From a virus: DNA of 64,000 bases. A program made the translations under genes and the position numbers. Under the pieces are notes generated by a model. That model made no database searches. It was not told the origin of the DNA and worked only from the letters and a program-made list of their open reading frames with translations. The number at the start of each line of letters is the position of its first letter. Position 1 is the stretch's first letter. This document shows positions 1-8,991 of the stretch, piece by piece. Where the stretch lies: IMG/VR virus record IMGVR_UViG_3300027797_000001, positions 1-64,000 of that record; one strand, written 5' to 3'.

Positions 1-64
1 AATAAAAAGTTTATAGACTTAAAATTTGTAAAGTTTTTTAAGTTTATAAGCCTATAACCTGATA

Positions 65-295
65 TTATTCAGGTAATTCTTCTCCATCTTTACCAGTAAC
101 TATACCCATTAGCTGTTGCATAATGGCTTCAGCATTCTCTCCCCAGAACATATTACATTCAAATACCTTATCTGTAATAGTATATGGTGGATTTAGGAAG
201 TATGCTTGCCAATGTTCACTAGGCTTTGCAGTAAATCTTTTACACTTTTCTTTTACAGGACATTCAAATCCATGGCATAAAGTTATATCTGGCAT
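65..295 (-). CDS. small Cys-containing phage protein
   Basis: 76 aa ORF in the co-oriented minus-strand operon; C-x4-C-x5-C N-terminus (DITLCHGFECPVKEKCKRF). Confidence 0.7.
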   Translation of the reverse strand: MPDITLCHGFECPVKEKCKRFTAKPSEHWQAYFLNPPYTITDKVFECNMFWGENAEAIMQQLMGIVTGKDGEELPE

Positions 296-298
296 ATC

Positions 299-661
299 TT
301 ATTTATTTATTGCTACTGTATCAACAATCTCTAAAGTTACAGATATTACTCCAGACTTTACAAAATTTAATTTCTTGGCACATCCATAACTTAAATCTGC
401 AATAAAGTGTGATGACTTTGGAAGTCTATCATTAACCTTTACAAATATTATGGAATCATTCTTTAGATTTGTCACCTTTAATAAAGTTCCAAACTTATAG
501 GTCTTGTGTGCACATGTTAAACTATCTGCATAAAATGTTTCTCCTGATGCTGTTTTCCTACCTGTCCAATGCTGTCCATAATAGCTGACAGTACCTTTAA
601 CAATAATTGGAATTGGATCAGCAAAACTAAATAGCATTGCTAATAATAAAATTGTTTTCAT
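299..661 (-). CDS. rlpA: RlpA-like double-psi beta-barrel (lytic transglycosylase family) protein with signal peptide
   Basis: G.VSYYG...GRKTASGE...LTCAHKTYKFGT.LKVTNL.N..IFVKVNDR...IADLSYGCAKKL is the DPBB_1/RlpA signature. Confidence 0.9.
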   Translation of the reverse strand: MKTILLLAMLFSFADPIPIIVKGTVSYYGQHWTGRKTASGETFYADSLTCAHKTYKFGTLLKVTNLKNDSIIFVKVNDRLPKSSHFIADLSYGCAKKLNFVKSGVISVTLEIVDTVAINK

Positions 662-852
662 TTCTGTTTTTTTTGTTCTAAGTAATCTATAGTAAATCCT
701 ATAGCTACTATGATGTTCATACCTAAAGACATTAATATCTCATGGATGTCTTTATATACATTCACGGATAAATGTATATGCCCTACCATCCAAAAAGGTA
801 TGGACAAGTTTTGGCTTATCCATACCATAAGATATTTAACAAAGTGCTTCAC
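658..852 (-). CDS. small membrane protein
   Basis: 64 aa, two hydrophobic segments, stop overlaps next start. Confidence 0.65.
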   Translation of the reverse strand: MKHFVKYLMVWISQNLSIPFWMVGHIHLSVNVYKDIHEILMSLGMNIIVAIGFTIDYLEQKKQK

Positions 853-854
853 AA

Positions 855-1313
855 TTACTTTTGATTAAACACTGTATTAAAGGCTGCTGTACTGCCTGTC
901 ATTTTAAATTCATAAATTTCTGTATCACATGTAGTATCATTAACTCTAATTCTTATAGAACTTGCAGCTTTAAAATCAGCAAGAAACTCTGAGTCTGAAT
1001 TAAGATCATCTACCATAAACAAAGTTTTCCGATTATCAGATACATTACCTTTTATATTATATTTTTGATACTCATTATTTACTAAGAATGAAATATCTAC
1101 ACTAACAGATTCATCGCAGATATATACTCCACCCATATAGAAAGCAATTCCTTTATAATTCTCTAATTTAAGATATTCATTTTGACCATCTTGTGTATAT
1201 GCTATATAATATGGAGTATCAAATCCATTCTCAATCTTTTTACTTATCCATTGAGAAAAAGATGTAGTTGTAAATAATGTAACTGTAGCTAAGGCTAATA
1301 ATAATTTTTTCAT
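855..1313 (-). CDS. secreted/periplasmic hypothetical protein
   Basis: Sec-type signal peptide MKKLLLALATVTLFTTTSFSQW. Confidence 0.75.
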   Translation of the reverse strand: MKKLLLALATVTLFTTTSFSQWISKKIENGFDTPYYIAYTQDGQNEYLKLENYKGIAFYMGGVYICDESVSVDISFLVNNEYQKYNIKGNVSDNRKTLFMVDDLNSDSEFLADFKAASSIRIRVNDTTCDTEIYEFKMTGSTAAFNTVFNQK

Positions 1314-1334
1314 TTTTTTGGTTTTTTAATTGTT

Positions 1335-1556
1335 TTACTTTCTTCTGACGGACTTTCCTTCAGAATCTTTTGCAGTCTCTCCCAGATCTGTTTGTTTATT
1401 AGATTGTAATCTGGTTCTTTCTTGCGCTCTTTCATACTCTTGCCAATTATAGATGTTTAACTCTCTCATTTTCAAGAAATCAGCCAAAGTCATATCCTCT
1501 GGTATACCATTGTTATTATTCATTATTTGAATGTATGCTTCTTTCATTCTTCCCAT
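1335..1556 (-). CDS. hypothetical protein
   Basis: 73 aa ORF in operon. Confidence 0.6.
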   Translation of the reverse strand: MGRMKEAYIQIMNNNNGIPEDMTLADFLKMRELNIYNWQEYERAQERTRLQSNKQTDLGETAKDSEGKSVRRK

Positions 1557-2004
1557 GTTCTTTAAACATTTTAGTTAACTCTTCTTTTGTCATTTTACTT
1601 GGAAGTTTTTCTAATATTCTCCAATCAAAGTTACCTGTTATGATAACCTTGGTTTCCTCTTCACCAAGATGTTTTATCTCAATATTATACTTACCATCAT
1701 CAATTTTTTCATTTTTTAATGCTTCATGTATTATATTTACTTGAGAAAGATATCCTTTATCCTTTATCTTCCACCAAAATTCATGTTGTTTAAGTCCATG
1801 AATAACAGATGAATGGTCTTTTCCAAAAAACTTACCAGTCATACTAGTTGTAAGATATCTCCTCCTTGTTAAAACATTATATAAATAGTATCTTTTATAT
1901 ACTGTTCCTCTTTCCCTTGTAGTAGATGTAAGATTAAACTCTTCAATGATATCTACAATATCTTTATTAGCAACTTTATAAAGTGCCAACACATCATCTC
2001 CCAT
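1516..2004 (-). CDS. DnaA C-terminal (domain IV)-like HTH DNA-binding protein
   Basis: TGKFFGKDHSSVIHG resembles the DnaA IG..F..RDHSTV.H helix-turn-helix signature. Confidence 0.7.
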   Translation of the reverse strand: MGDDVLALYKVANKDIVDIIEEFNLTSTTRERGTVYKRYYLYNVLTRRRYLTTSMTGKFFGKDHSSVIHGLKQHEFWWKIKDKGYLSQVNIIHEALKNEKIDDGKYNIEIKHLGEEETKVIITGNFDWRILEKLPSKMTKEELTKMFKEHGKNERSIHSNNE

Positions 2005-2009
2005 AAATT

Positions 2010-2285
2010 TTAAATTAGTTCTAAGTCAGCTTCTTTAACTGTTTCTTTTGTTTCTTCAAGTGCCTGTGATAGTAAGTCAATAGGTAAGAATCTTTCTGCA
2101 TCATATAGCTCATAAGGAAAAGATTCAGCTGATAGCTTAACTTCCTTTAATAATACTCCAAATTTATTGTCCTGTAATCCCATTCTAACAACTCTGGTAA
2201 TAGTATATACTTCACCTTCTATAACCCATTCACTCTCAGGCACTTTACTTGGTCTATTTGAAGCATCAATACATATTGCTCTCAT
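2010..2285 (-). CDS. hypothetical protein
   Basis: 91 aa ORF in operon. Confidence 0.7.
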   Translation of the reverse strand: MRAICIDASNRPSKVPESEWVIEGEVYTITRVVRMGLQDNKFGVLLKEVKLSAESFPYELYDAERFLPIDLLSQALEETKETVKEADLELI

Positions 2286-2520
2286 ATTGTTCTACTGTTG
2301 TTTTGAGATCTAAGTTACGCAAACTCTCTGAAATTTCCAACATGGTAAGAAAATCTCCATGTTTTACTGTGCACTTTCCCATCTCATGTACAAGCAAAGC
2401 ACACTGCTCTGCCTGTGTTGGATGGTGTTCACAAAATCTTATAAGACAAGCCATTACATATCCAAATGTGTTCTGGTCATCATTATGTAGAATAATCTTA
2501 TGTGTTACATTTTCTTCCAT
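2266..2520 (-). CDS. clpS: ATP-dependent Clp protease adaptor ClpS
   Basis: IILHNDDQNTF.YV..CL...C......AEQCALLVH..GKC.VK.G, Bacteroidota-type ClpS pattern. Confidence 0.9.
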   Translation of the reverse strand: MEENVTHKIILHNDDQNTFGYVMACLIRFCEHHPTQAEQCALLVHEMGKCTVKHGDFLTMLEISESLRNLDLKTTVEQYESNMY

Positions 2521-2535
2521 ATAATAATATAGTAA

Positions 2536-3630
2536 TTATACTGGTTGTAAATTATAGTTCCGCCATGCTATCTTGCTCTGGTCAAAATCTTCTAGAGCAT
2601 CTTTAACCCATTTCTCATCTACAGTTCCTATATAGCATAGTATGTGAACAATAGCCTTATCATCTGGATTTAAGCGCAAAAGTCTTCCTATTCTTTGACT
2701 AGCCTTACGCTCATTCCCATATGCATGCATAATAATGCCTTGTTTTAAACCTGGTATGTTTACACCTTCATTTAATTGCAATACACATGAGAGCTTTGTA
2801 ATATTACCAGCCTTAAATTCTTGCAAATTTGTTTCAGAATCAGGATTATTACTATGATAACTATGTGTACACATTCTATCAGCTTGATCTTGAGTATTAG
2901 CAAATACAATACACTTGCTTGTTATACTGTTTAACAAGACTTTTGCATATTTCTCTTTGCTTGGATACTCCATCATTGCTTTCATTCTCATTACTCTAAG
3001 TATGTGAGGTTGCCCTGATGCTGTATCAATCCTTGTACCCCAATAACCATAGTTTTGCAACTCAGATGTAAGGAAACTTCCTTTCTGTGTTGAGACTTTA
3101 TAGTTTTTTGTAGTATCAAGATTAATCTCATGCACAATTACTTGATAATCATTAATAATACCCGATTCTATTGCATCATCTGCCTTAAATGTAAAAGCAA
3201 CTGGACAATATTCAGATACTATTCTACCTTTCTCAGAGTTTTTATGTTTAGGTGGAGTGCCGGTTAAACCCAGCACTCTTCCTGTAAAACTATTTAGAAA
3301 TGGTCTATGACTATCTAATAAACTATGTACTTCATCAAAATAAACTGCATCAAAGTCATTAGGATTATGTTTATTTAAGCTGAGATAAGTAGAGAAAGTA
3401 GCATTTTCTAATACTTTACTTAATCCAAATTTCTCAGCTTCATATCTCCATGAACTAATGATAGACAGTTTGGGAGCAACAATCAGAATACTTTGCAATG
3501 GAGAGTAATGTTTCTCCATATGCTTTAAGCCCACAAGAGTTTTACCTACACCTGTACCCAGTACAATAGTGCATTTCTGTTTACCCTCAGTAGCTTTTAA
3601 AGCTTCATCTTGTATTTCCTGTCTTTCCAT
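2536..3630 (-). CDS. SF2 DExH-box helicase
   Basis: Walker A GTGVGKT, motif II DEVH, motif III TGT, motif VI QRIGRLLR. Confidence 0.92.
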   Translation of the reverse strand: MERQEIQDEALKATEGKQKCTIVLGTGVGKTLVGLKHMEKHYSPLQSILIVAPKLSIISSWRYEAEKFGLSKVLENATFSTYLSLNKHNPNDFDAVYFDEVHSLLDSHRPFLNSFTGRVLGLTGTPPKHKNSEKGRIVSEYCPVAFTFKADDAIESGIINDYQVIVHEINLDTTKNYKVSTQKGSFLTSELQNYGYWGTRIDTASGQPHILRVMRMKAMMEYPSKEKYAKVLLNSITSKCIVFANTQDQADRMCTHSYHSNNPDSETNLQEFKAGNITKLSCVLQLNEGVNIPGLKQGIIMHAYGNERKASQRIGRLLRLNPDDKAIVHILCYIGTVDEKWVKDALEDFDQSKIAWRNYNLQPV

Positions 3631-4373
3631 TATTTTGGTAAATTAAAGATTTTAGTTCTGATGTATGTACCAGTAGAATCTCCATCAGTTAGTAGTTTAA
3701 CTGTCTTCATATGTTTCTCAATATTAGACATAACTTTTGTGTGGTTATATGTTCCATATGCCTGCAAGAATGCTGCAAGAAACTGAAACTTAACACTTCT
3801 GTCTGACATACCAATCTTTAAGAAGATATCATTAAATGCTTTACACATTTCTTCTGCTTTTGGATTAGTAATTTGGAAATTACCAGTTTTAATAGTAGAA
3901 GTAGTATACTTAATTCCTGCATTGTTAACACCAATTGCAGCTAACATAGTTATTTCTATATCATACATGTTTTTCCATTTGAATAACTTCATATAATCTG
4001 GGCGGATCATTTTCCATGCATTGATGTAATTTATCATATCCCAAGACTTGCTTGAGTTATTTAAACAAGCCATTTTTGCAATTAAATCTTCTTCAGATTC
4101 AACAGCAATATCAATATGTGGTATTGGCAAACCTTCTCTTTCTAGTGCTGTAGCAAGATGCTGACCATCAATAATATAAGTTTTTACTTCTCCTTCAATA
4201 ACATTAGTAGTAGCTGTTACAACTGGTCTTACTACTCCCATTAATCTAATAGATGAAATCATCTTTTGTACATGTTTGCTATCAATTCCCCTATTCATAG
4301 GAAGTGTTGCAAACTTTGAATAATCATTAGTTAATTTTACTTTTAGTTCTTTTCCAATCAAATTCATAATCAT
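3630..4373 (-). CDS. ParB/Srx-like N-terminal domain protein
   Basis: NR.I...HV..M..SI...G...PV.....YIIDGQHL motif. Confidence 0.7.
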   Translation of the reverse strand: MIMNLIGKELKVKLTNDYSKFATLPMNRGIDSKHVQKMISSIRLMGVVRPVVTATTNVIEGEVKTYIIDGQHLATALEREGLPIPHIDIAVESEEDLIAKMACLNNSSKSWDMINYINAWKMIRPDYMKLFKWKNMYDIEITMLAAIGVNNAGIKYTTSTIKTGNFQITNPKAEEMCKAFNDIFLKIGMSDRSVKFQFLAAFLQAYGTYNHTKVMSNIEKHMKTVKLLTDGDSTGTYIRTKIFNLPK

Positions 4374-4383
4374 ATTTTTTAAA

Positions 4384-4794
4384 TTATTTTAAATAGCCAA
4401 GAGCCCTAGACTCTTTTGGATGTGCATGAACCCAGTCATGACAATTTCTACAAACGGCAAGCCATGTGGACTGTACCAAATAAAAAGCATCTCTATTAGC
4501 ACCAGCATATGTATGATGTACATCTGTGGCATTAATACTACAATCTTTCACTGCTATCTGACATAGACTGAAATCTGTAAGATATCTTTGTCTAAGTTTA
4601 AGATACTCTGCATCTTTCTTCTTTCGCTTAGAAGAAACCTGGGGAATTTTATAGTCAGTTGGTTTCTGTACACTGTCACTATCAATGGCTTTTTGGCAAC
4701 TCCAACAATATTTACAGTATTTAAATCCCCCATGGTTCTTCCATATAACGGTTTCTTTTCCACAACCGTCACATTCTTTAAGCTTTTGCTTCAT
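4384..4794 (-). CDS. HNH-type endonuclease with N-terminal Zn ribbon
   Basis: CxxC...CxxC N-terminus; ATDVHH...WLAVCRNCHDWVH C-terminus. Confidence 0.8.
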   Translation of the reverse strand: MKQKLKECDGCGKETVIWKNHGGFKYCKYCWSCQKAIDSDSVQKPTDYKIPQVSSKRKKKDAEYLKLRQRYLTDFSLCQIAVKDCSINATDVHHTYAGANRDAFYLVQSTWLAVCRNCHDWVHAHPKESRALGYLK

Positions 4795-5278
4795 TCTTTA
4801 GTCTTGGTAAAGTGACCGGTGCTTCCTGTAAACTTAAAAAGTTTTTAGGAAGTATACCTTCAGACATAAAGATACTGATAATATCACTCTTTCCAATGTT
4901 TAAATCTTTAAAAGTTAAAGTATTAGTATACTTCTCATCTACTTCAGAATAAGTTACCATAGCTTCTGTCCATGGACTTTTGGGAAATAAAGTTTGGAAT
5001 ATATAATTGCTGTATTGATTAGTAACTTGCTGTTTAAAAACATTAAGTACTTTCTGAGCACGCTTATATACATTTAGTATTCTTTGTTTCTTTTTGCTAC
5101 ACATTGTGTCTAGCTCTTCTTTTGTCAGCGCATTTAGGCCATACAATGCTCTTTTATACAGATAGTTTTGGTATTGAGAATACCCATCTGATTCATACTG
5201 CATATATGTTTTACCACTTTGCAACTGATAATTTCTAATTTCCTGCTTTAATTTTTCCATTTTATACATTTTTTTCAT
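4778..5278 (-). CDS. hypothetical protein
   Basis: 166 aa ORF in operon. Confidence 0.75.
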   Translation of the reverse strand: MKKMYKMEKLKQEIRNYQLQSGKTYMQYESDGYSQYQNYLYKRALYGLNALTKEELDTMCSKKKQRILNVYKRAQKVLNVFKQQVTNQYSNYIFQTLFPKSPWTEAMVTYSEVDEKYTNTLTFKDLNIGKSDIISIFMSEGILPKNFLSLQEAPVTLPRLKNEAKA

Positions 5279-5294
5279 AAATTAATAATCATAC

Positions 5295-5322
5295 AAATAA
5301 AAGGGGGCAGTTGCCCGCCCCC
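5295..5322 (-). terminator. intrinsic terminator
   Basis: GGGGGC/GCCCCC stem followed on the minus strand by TTTTATTT, just after ORF 5346-5825. Confidence 0.75.
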
Positions 5323-5345
5323 ATTTACCTAATCAACTTTATATC

Positions 5346-5825
5346 TTATAGATTAAAGTCTTGTCCTGCTGCATTTTTCAATGCTTCAGTATTTGCTCTT
5401 TGAGAATTTGCATAAGCTGCACGTAATTCTTCAACATTATCATGTTTAATAAGCATATCTTGCATACTACCATCTAAAGAAAATTTAGTTCTTCTGTAGA
5501 TAGGTAATCCACCATATGTACACACAATACCAGTTTCACCTGCTACTTTCAAATCACGCTCTGGTGTTTTCTTGTTAAATGGCTCAAGTGATTCTTCAAC
5601 CACAATTTTACCATCTAATTGCTGGCCTGCAAAGAAACCTGAAGCTTGTAAATCTGATAATAATCCAGGTACAATAGCAGATACTGATTTTCTTTTCAAG
5701 AAACCATTATCATCAATCATTGTTCTAATTTGTTCTACACGTAGATATCCCCATTCTGGATTTTCAGATACATTTACTACAGAATTTGTTGTTGCATCAG
5801 CTGTTACGATTACTTTAGAGTTCAT
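5346..5825 (-). CDS. hypothetical protein, possibly ssDNA-binding (beta-rich, tail ending DFNL)
   Basis: 159 aa; own leader and terminator; function is inference only. Confidence 0.7.
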   Translation of the reverse strand: MNSKVIVTADATTNSVVNVSENPEWGYLRVEQIRTMIDDNGFLKRKSVSAIVPGLLSDLQASGFFAGQQLDGKIVVEESLEPFNKKTPERDLKVAGETGIVCTYGGLPIYRRTKFSLDGSMQDMLIKHDNVEELRAAYANSQRANTEALKNAAGQDFNL

Positions 5826-5947
5826 CTTTCTTAATTTTAAGAGTTAATAAATAAATAAATAGATTGTTTGAGTGTAAATTTTACTATACCATTAGTTACT
5901 CAAGCTAAGTGATAAGTGTTTAGTATTGCATATCGCGATTAGCAATA

Positions 5948-6220
5948 CTAGTTATCCATTGGATCCTCTAAGTCAATGATATCATCAAATGGTAAATCAT
6001 CTGATGGTATATCATTAAGGTCATAATCTTCAAGTGGAAGAAAATCTGTATCAATATACTTTTCTCTGGTGTTTTTCTCAACAGCAGAACCGGTAAAAGG
6101 GTCTAAGATATGTTCACCATAATCTATAGACATTAAGAACTGTATATCAAGATCTGTAAGTTCTAGATATTCCTCTATGCTTAGATGCACAACCTTCCCG
6201 TTTGGTAACTGATATAACAT
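5948..6220 (-). CDS. small acidic protein
   Basis: 90 aa, very Asp/Glu-rich C-terminus. Confidence 0.75.
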   Translation of the reverse strand: MLYQLPNGKVVHLSIEEYLELTDLDIQFLMSIDYGEHILDPFTGSAVEKNTREKYIDTDFLPLEDYDLNDIPSDDLPFDDIIDLEDPMDN

Positions 6221-6301
6221 TATTTATTCTGTAGTAAAAATACGTGATAAAATCAAGTATAATTGCTTGTGCAAAATAAAATAATGTAGTATATAGCTAA
6301 C

Positions 6302-6327
6302 AATAAAAGGGGGCACTTCTACCCCCT
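6302..6327 (-). terminator. intrinsic terminator
   Basis: AGGGGG/CCCCCT stem, TTTTATT on the minus strand. Confidence 0.65.
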
Positions 6328-6377
6328 ATTATTTGGTCAGGAAAAGCATATTCGCAGGAATACACTGTCTTAAGTAT

Positions 6378-6605
6378 CTAGTCATTGTTTTTTCTATAGT
6401 CTAATATTTTGTTATATAGACCATCATTGAAATGTGTAAACCATTTTTTATTAGTAATTCTATTAATAGCTCTAGGTTTTTCATTTTTTGATATGTTAAT
6501 AGTATATTTTATACCCTGTTTAACCAATTGGTTATATTCATCTTTAACTGAAACAGCAAAGTTAAATCCCATAACAGATGTTATAAGTTTCTCATTGTAA
6601 TCCAT
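6378..6605 (-). CDS. hypothetical protein
   Basis: 75 aa ORF with TATTTATTAAC leader. Confidence 0.65.
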   Translation of the reverse strand: MDYNEKLITSVMGFNFAVSVKDEYNQLVKQGIKYTINISKNEKPRAINRITNKKWFTHFNDGLYNKILDYRKNND

Positions 6606-6630
6606 ATAAGTGATTTTAGTTAATAAATAG

Positions 6631-6704
<74 letters not shown>

Positions 6705-6711
6705 AAGAGTA

Positions 6712-6903
6712 TTACTTTTTGAGCTCTAATGTCTCATCATACTCAAAAGTTCCGGACTTAATATATTCCAGTATCTCAGCTTTATAGGCATAGTCTACAA
6801 CTTTGCCATCTTTAAAGAATAGAGCATACTGTTTATGTCCGTCCATTGTTTGTTGGTATTTGACAGTTCCTGTCATTAAGTACCATAAAAATACTATTTT
6901 CAT
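6712..6903 (-). CDS. hypothetical protein
   Basis: 63 aa ORF, overlapping start/stop with upstream gene. Confidence 0.65.
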   Translation of the reverse strand: MKIVFLWYLMTGTVKYQQTMDGHKQYALFFKDGKVVDYAYKAEILEYIKSGTFEYDETLELKK

Positions 6904-7151
6904 TTAGATAATATTAATCCGTAAATAACAAATGATACAGATGCAAATAAAAACAATGCAAGACCCCATTTGAAACCTAAGAAAATTTTCTCTTCTTCTA
7001 TTTCTCTGTCTAGTATGTCTATATCCCATATTAGATCACTTACTCTAATTATAACCACATCAGGATCTGCTCCGGACTGGTATGCAGCAATAATGAGGGA
7101 CTGTATGTCCCTCTTTTGCTCTTCTAGTTTTCTTAATTTTCTGTAAATCAT
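6900..7151 (-). CDS. small protein with C-terminal transmembrane helix
   Basis: 83 aa; coiled-coil N-terminus, hydrophobic C-terminus. Confidence 0.7.
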   Translation of the reverse strand: MIYRKLRKLEEQKRDIQSLIIAAYQSGADPDVVIIRVSDLIWDIDILDREIEEEKIFLGFKWGLALFLFASVSFVIYGLILSK

Positions 7152-7285
7152 TTGCTTACAGTTTTAGTTTCCACTTGCTTTGTCTGACCATAAGCGTCAC
7201 AGTGGTGACCGCTGGCACAACTAACAAAAGTTGCTAGTACACCAATAAATACAAACCATAATACTACAATTGCAATTGTTTTCAT
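7148..7285 (-). CDS. 45-aa lipoprotein (C-x5-CDAY), not in ORF track
   Basis: Translated by hand: MKTIAIVVLWFVFIGVLATFVSCASGHHCDAYGQTKQVETKTVSK*; lipobox-like FVSC; ATGA overlap with next gene. Confidence 0.75.
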   Translation of the reverse strand: MKTIAIVVLWFVFIGVLATFVSCASGHHCDAYGQTKQVETKTVSK

Positions 7286-7296
7286 AATCATAAATT

Positions 7297-7641
7297 TTAA
7301 AAAGGTAAATCTAAATCAACAGGCTGGATATAATTTTCCATACCTAATACACTATCTAATAGTGCTTGTTTCTGACATGCAAGTTTATGCATCTTAGCAT
7401 TAACTTGATATATTTTGAGTTTTTCAAACCATATCATGTACTTTTCACTTCCTGTTTTATTCCAACCTACAACACCTTCTATTCTATAGAGGTATGGATT
7501 CTTTCTGCTATTGCAGTACATGACATTGAAATCATATTCTTTCCTGATTTCAGCAGCATCTTCAGGTGTAAGGTTCATGTTAAGTTTAATCAGAGTGTGA
7601 CTACCAAATGAATGGTAACCAAAAGGGACAGTTTTATTCAT
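7297..7641 (-). CDS. hypothetical protein (C-terminal DLPF)
   Basis: 114 aa; ends in SSB-like acidic DLPF tail. Confidence 0.7.
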   Translation of the reverse strand: MNKTVPFGYHSFGSHTLIKLNMNLTPEDAAEIRKEYDFNVMYCNSRKNPYLYRIEGVVGWNKTGSEKYMIWFEKLKIYQVNAKMHKLACQKQALLDSVLGMENYIQPVDLDLPF

Positions 7642-7686
7642 AAGTTTATTTTTAAATTGTTAATCATAATATAAAATCATAGTCAC

Positions 7687-7969
7687 CCAGTGACAAGAAT
7701 ATATAGCTAAAGTCAAATTCAAATACTAAGTCAAAGGCCTTCTCTTCTTCAAAGGCAAATACAAATACTAAGTCTCAATGTTAGCCAATTGCATATAATG
7801 CATAACCTGTCTAACGTGGGAGTTCTATCTCAGTTTTTATAGTTTGAAGAGAAGCGGTAATTATTAGTAATTTTAATTTTATAAGTGGTATCACCACAAA
7901 CTTTATTAAAAAAATTCTTGTCACTAGATATAAAGAGTAGAGGAATCAGCTTGTGCCTATCCCCTACTC
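7687..7969 (-). ncRNA. candidate structured RNA downstream of coiled-coil gene
   Basis: Nested inverted repeats 7689-7700/7914-7925 (12 bp perfect), 7739-7747/7846-7854 (9 bp), 7935-7944/7960-7969; duplicated 13-mer CAAATACTAAGTC (7720, 7762) within 6-nt periodic tracts. Confidence 0.6.
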
Positions 7970-7985
7970 ACCTAGTATCAGTACA

Positions 7986-8897
7986 CTATTTTTCAGGTGT
8001 CATGAACAAGTCAATAACTTTCTGAAATCTAGGATCAACATTGATTCTCAATGCTGCAGCAGCTTTAACATCCAACTCTCGTTGAGCATTAAATTCCATA
8101 GTAAGTCTAAGCAACTCACCCTTGTATGCATCCATAGCAAGTCTATATTCTCTGTTAAGAGTTTCTTCAAGACTTAAGAAAGCAGCAGCCATGTCTGCAT
8201 TCTCACGCTGGATCCGTGCATTCTCATCACTAACCAAGTTTTTAACCTTAGCTTTGAAATAGTTTACACGTTGTTCATACTGACGGTGTTGCTCAGCAAT
8301 ATCCTCATGGATTTCTAATAAATCCTGAGAATTATGATGCTTAGTAATCTTAACCGGAGTCTTCTTACCATCCTCTACATTGAACCATTCAATGCTAGGC
8401 ATGTTAGATAACTCTTTTCTAAGACTAGACAACTTACCATTCTTATGGATAAATTGACCCAAGTGAGCTGCCATAGCTTCTGCTTGCAAATATTCTGAGT
8501 ATTCTGCATCAGTAAGCTTAGACCATCCCCATGATTCATCCACAGTATGAATAACATCATAGTCAGGTGCATACTCTCTCTGTGGTTCCACAAGATGAGA
8601 GAAATCAGGACGTGTGTTCTGTATTCTCTCTATCTCAGCATCTTTACCCTTGATAGCTTCCATAAGGAATGCTTGGCAAGCATGGAGATCACCCTTGAAC
8701 TTTAATTTCTCAAGGATATTATCCGGAATCACAGATGGCTCTTGCATCACATAAGACTGCTTGTCTATAACAATAGATTTACTGCAGTTGTTGTAAGATT
8801 CCAACTCACGCTGAATCTCTAAAGCATTTTGATTGCACAAGTTACTAATTGATTGTGCTTGGGACATGCTTAAACCCTTGGTAGATAAATTTCTCAT
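7986..8897 (-). CDS. 303-aa helical/coiled-coil protein of unknown function
   Basis: Long ORF with strong leader; heptad-like Glu/Ala/Leu-rich C-terminal half. Confidence 0.85.
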   Translation of the reverse strand: MRNLSTKGLSMSQAQSISNLCNQNALEIQRELESYNNCSKSIVIDKQSYVMQEPSVIPDNILEKLKFKGDLHACQAFLMEAIKGKDAEIERIQNTRPDFSHLVEPQREYAPDYDVIHTVDESWGWSKLTDAEYSEYLQAEAMAAHLGQFIHKNGKLSSLRKELSNMPSIEWFNVEDGKKTPVKITKHHNSQDLLEIHEDIAEQHRQYEQRVNYFKAKVKNLVSDENARIQRENADMAAAFLSLEETLNREYRLAMDAYKGELLRLTMEFNAQRELDVKAAAALRINVDPRFQKVIDLFMTPEK

Positions 8898-8949
8898 TGT
8901 TTTTGTTTTTGAGAGTTAATAAATAAATTGATTTTTAAGTTGATAAAGT

Positions 8950-8976
8950 GAGTAGTTTAATATCATACTCAGGATA
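8950..8976 (-). repeat. 27-nt repeat copy 1, predicted H-type pseudoknot
   Basis: Minus strand TATCCTGAGTATGATATTAAACTACTC; stems TATC/GATA and GAGTA/TACTC. Confidence 0.7.
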
Positions 8977-8991
8977 AATTTACTTGGAATA

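Noticed and set aside
1-60. Repeated AAGTTT units (also near 19835, 27556, 59662) as an operator
   Set aside because: Too short and AT-rich to separate from chance by eye, and truncated at the window edge
7687-7969. DGR template repeat or retron msr-msd
   Set aside because: No reverse transcriptase or matching variable repeat in the window; an RT elsewhere in the genome cannot be excluded
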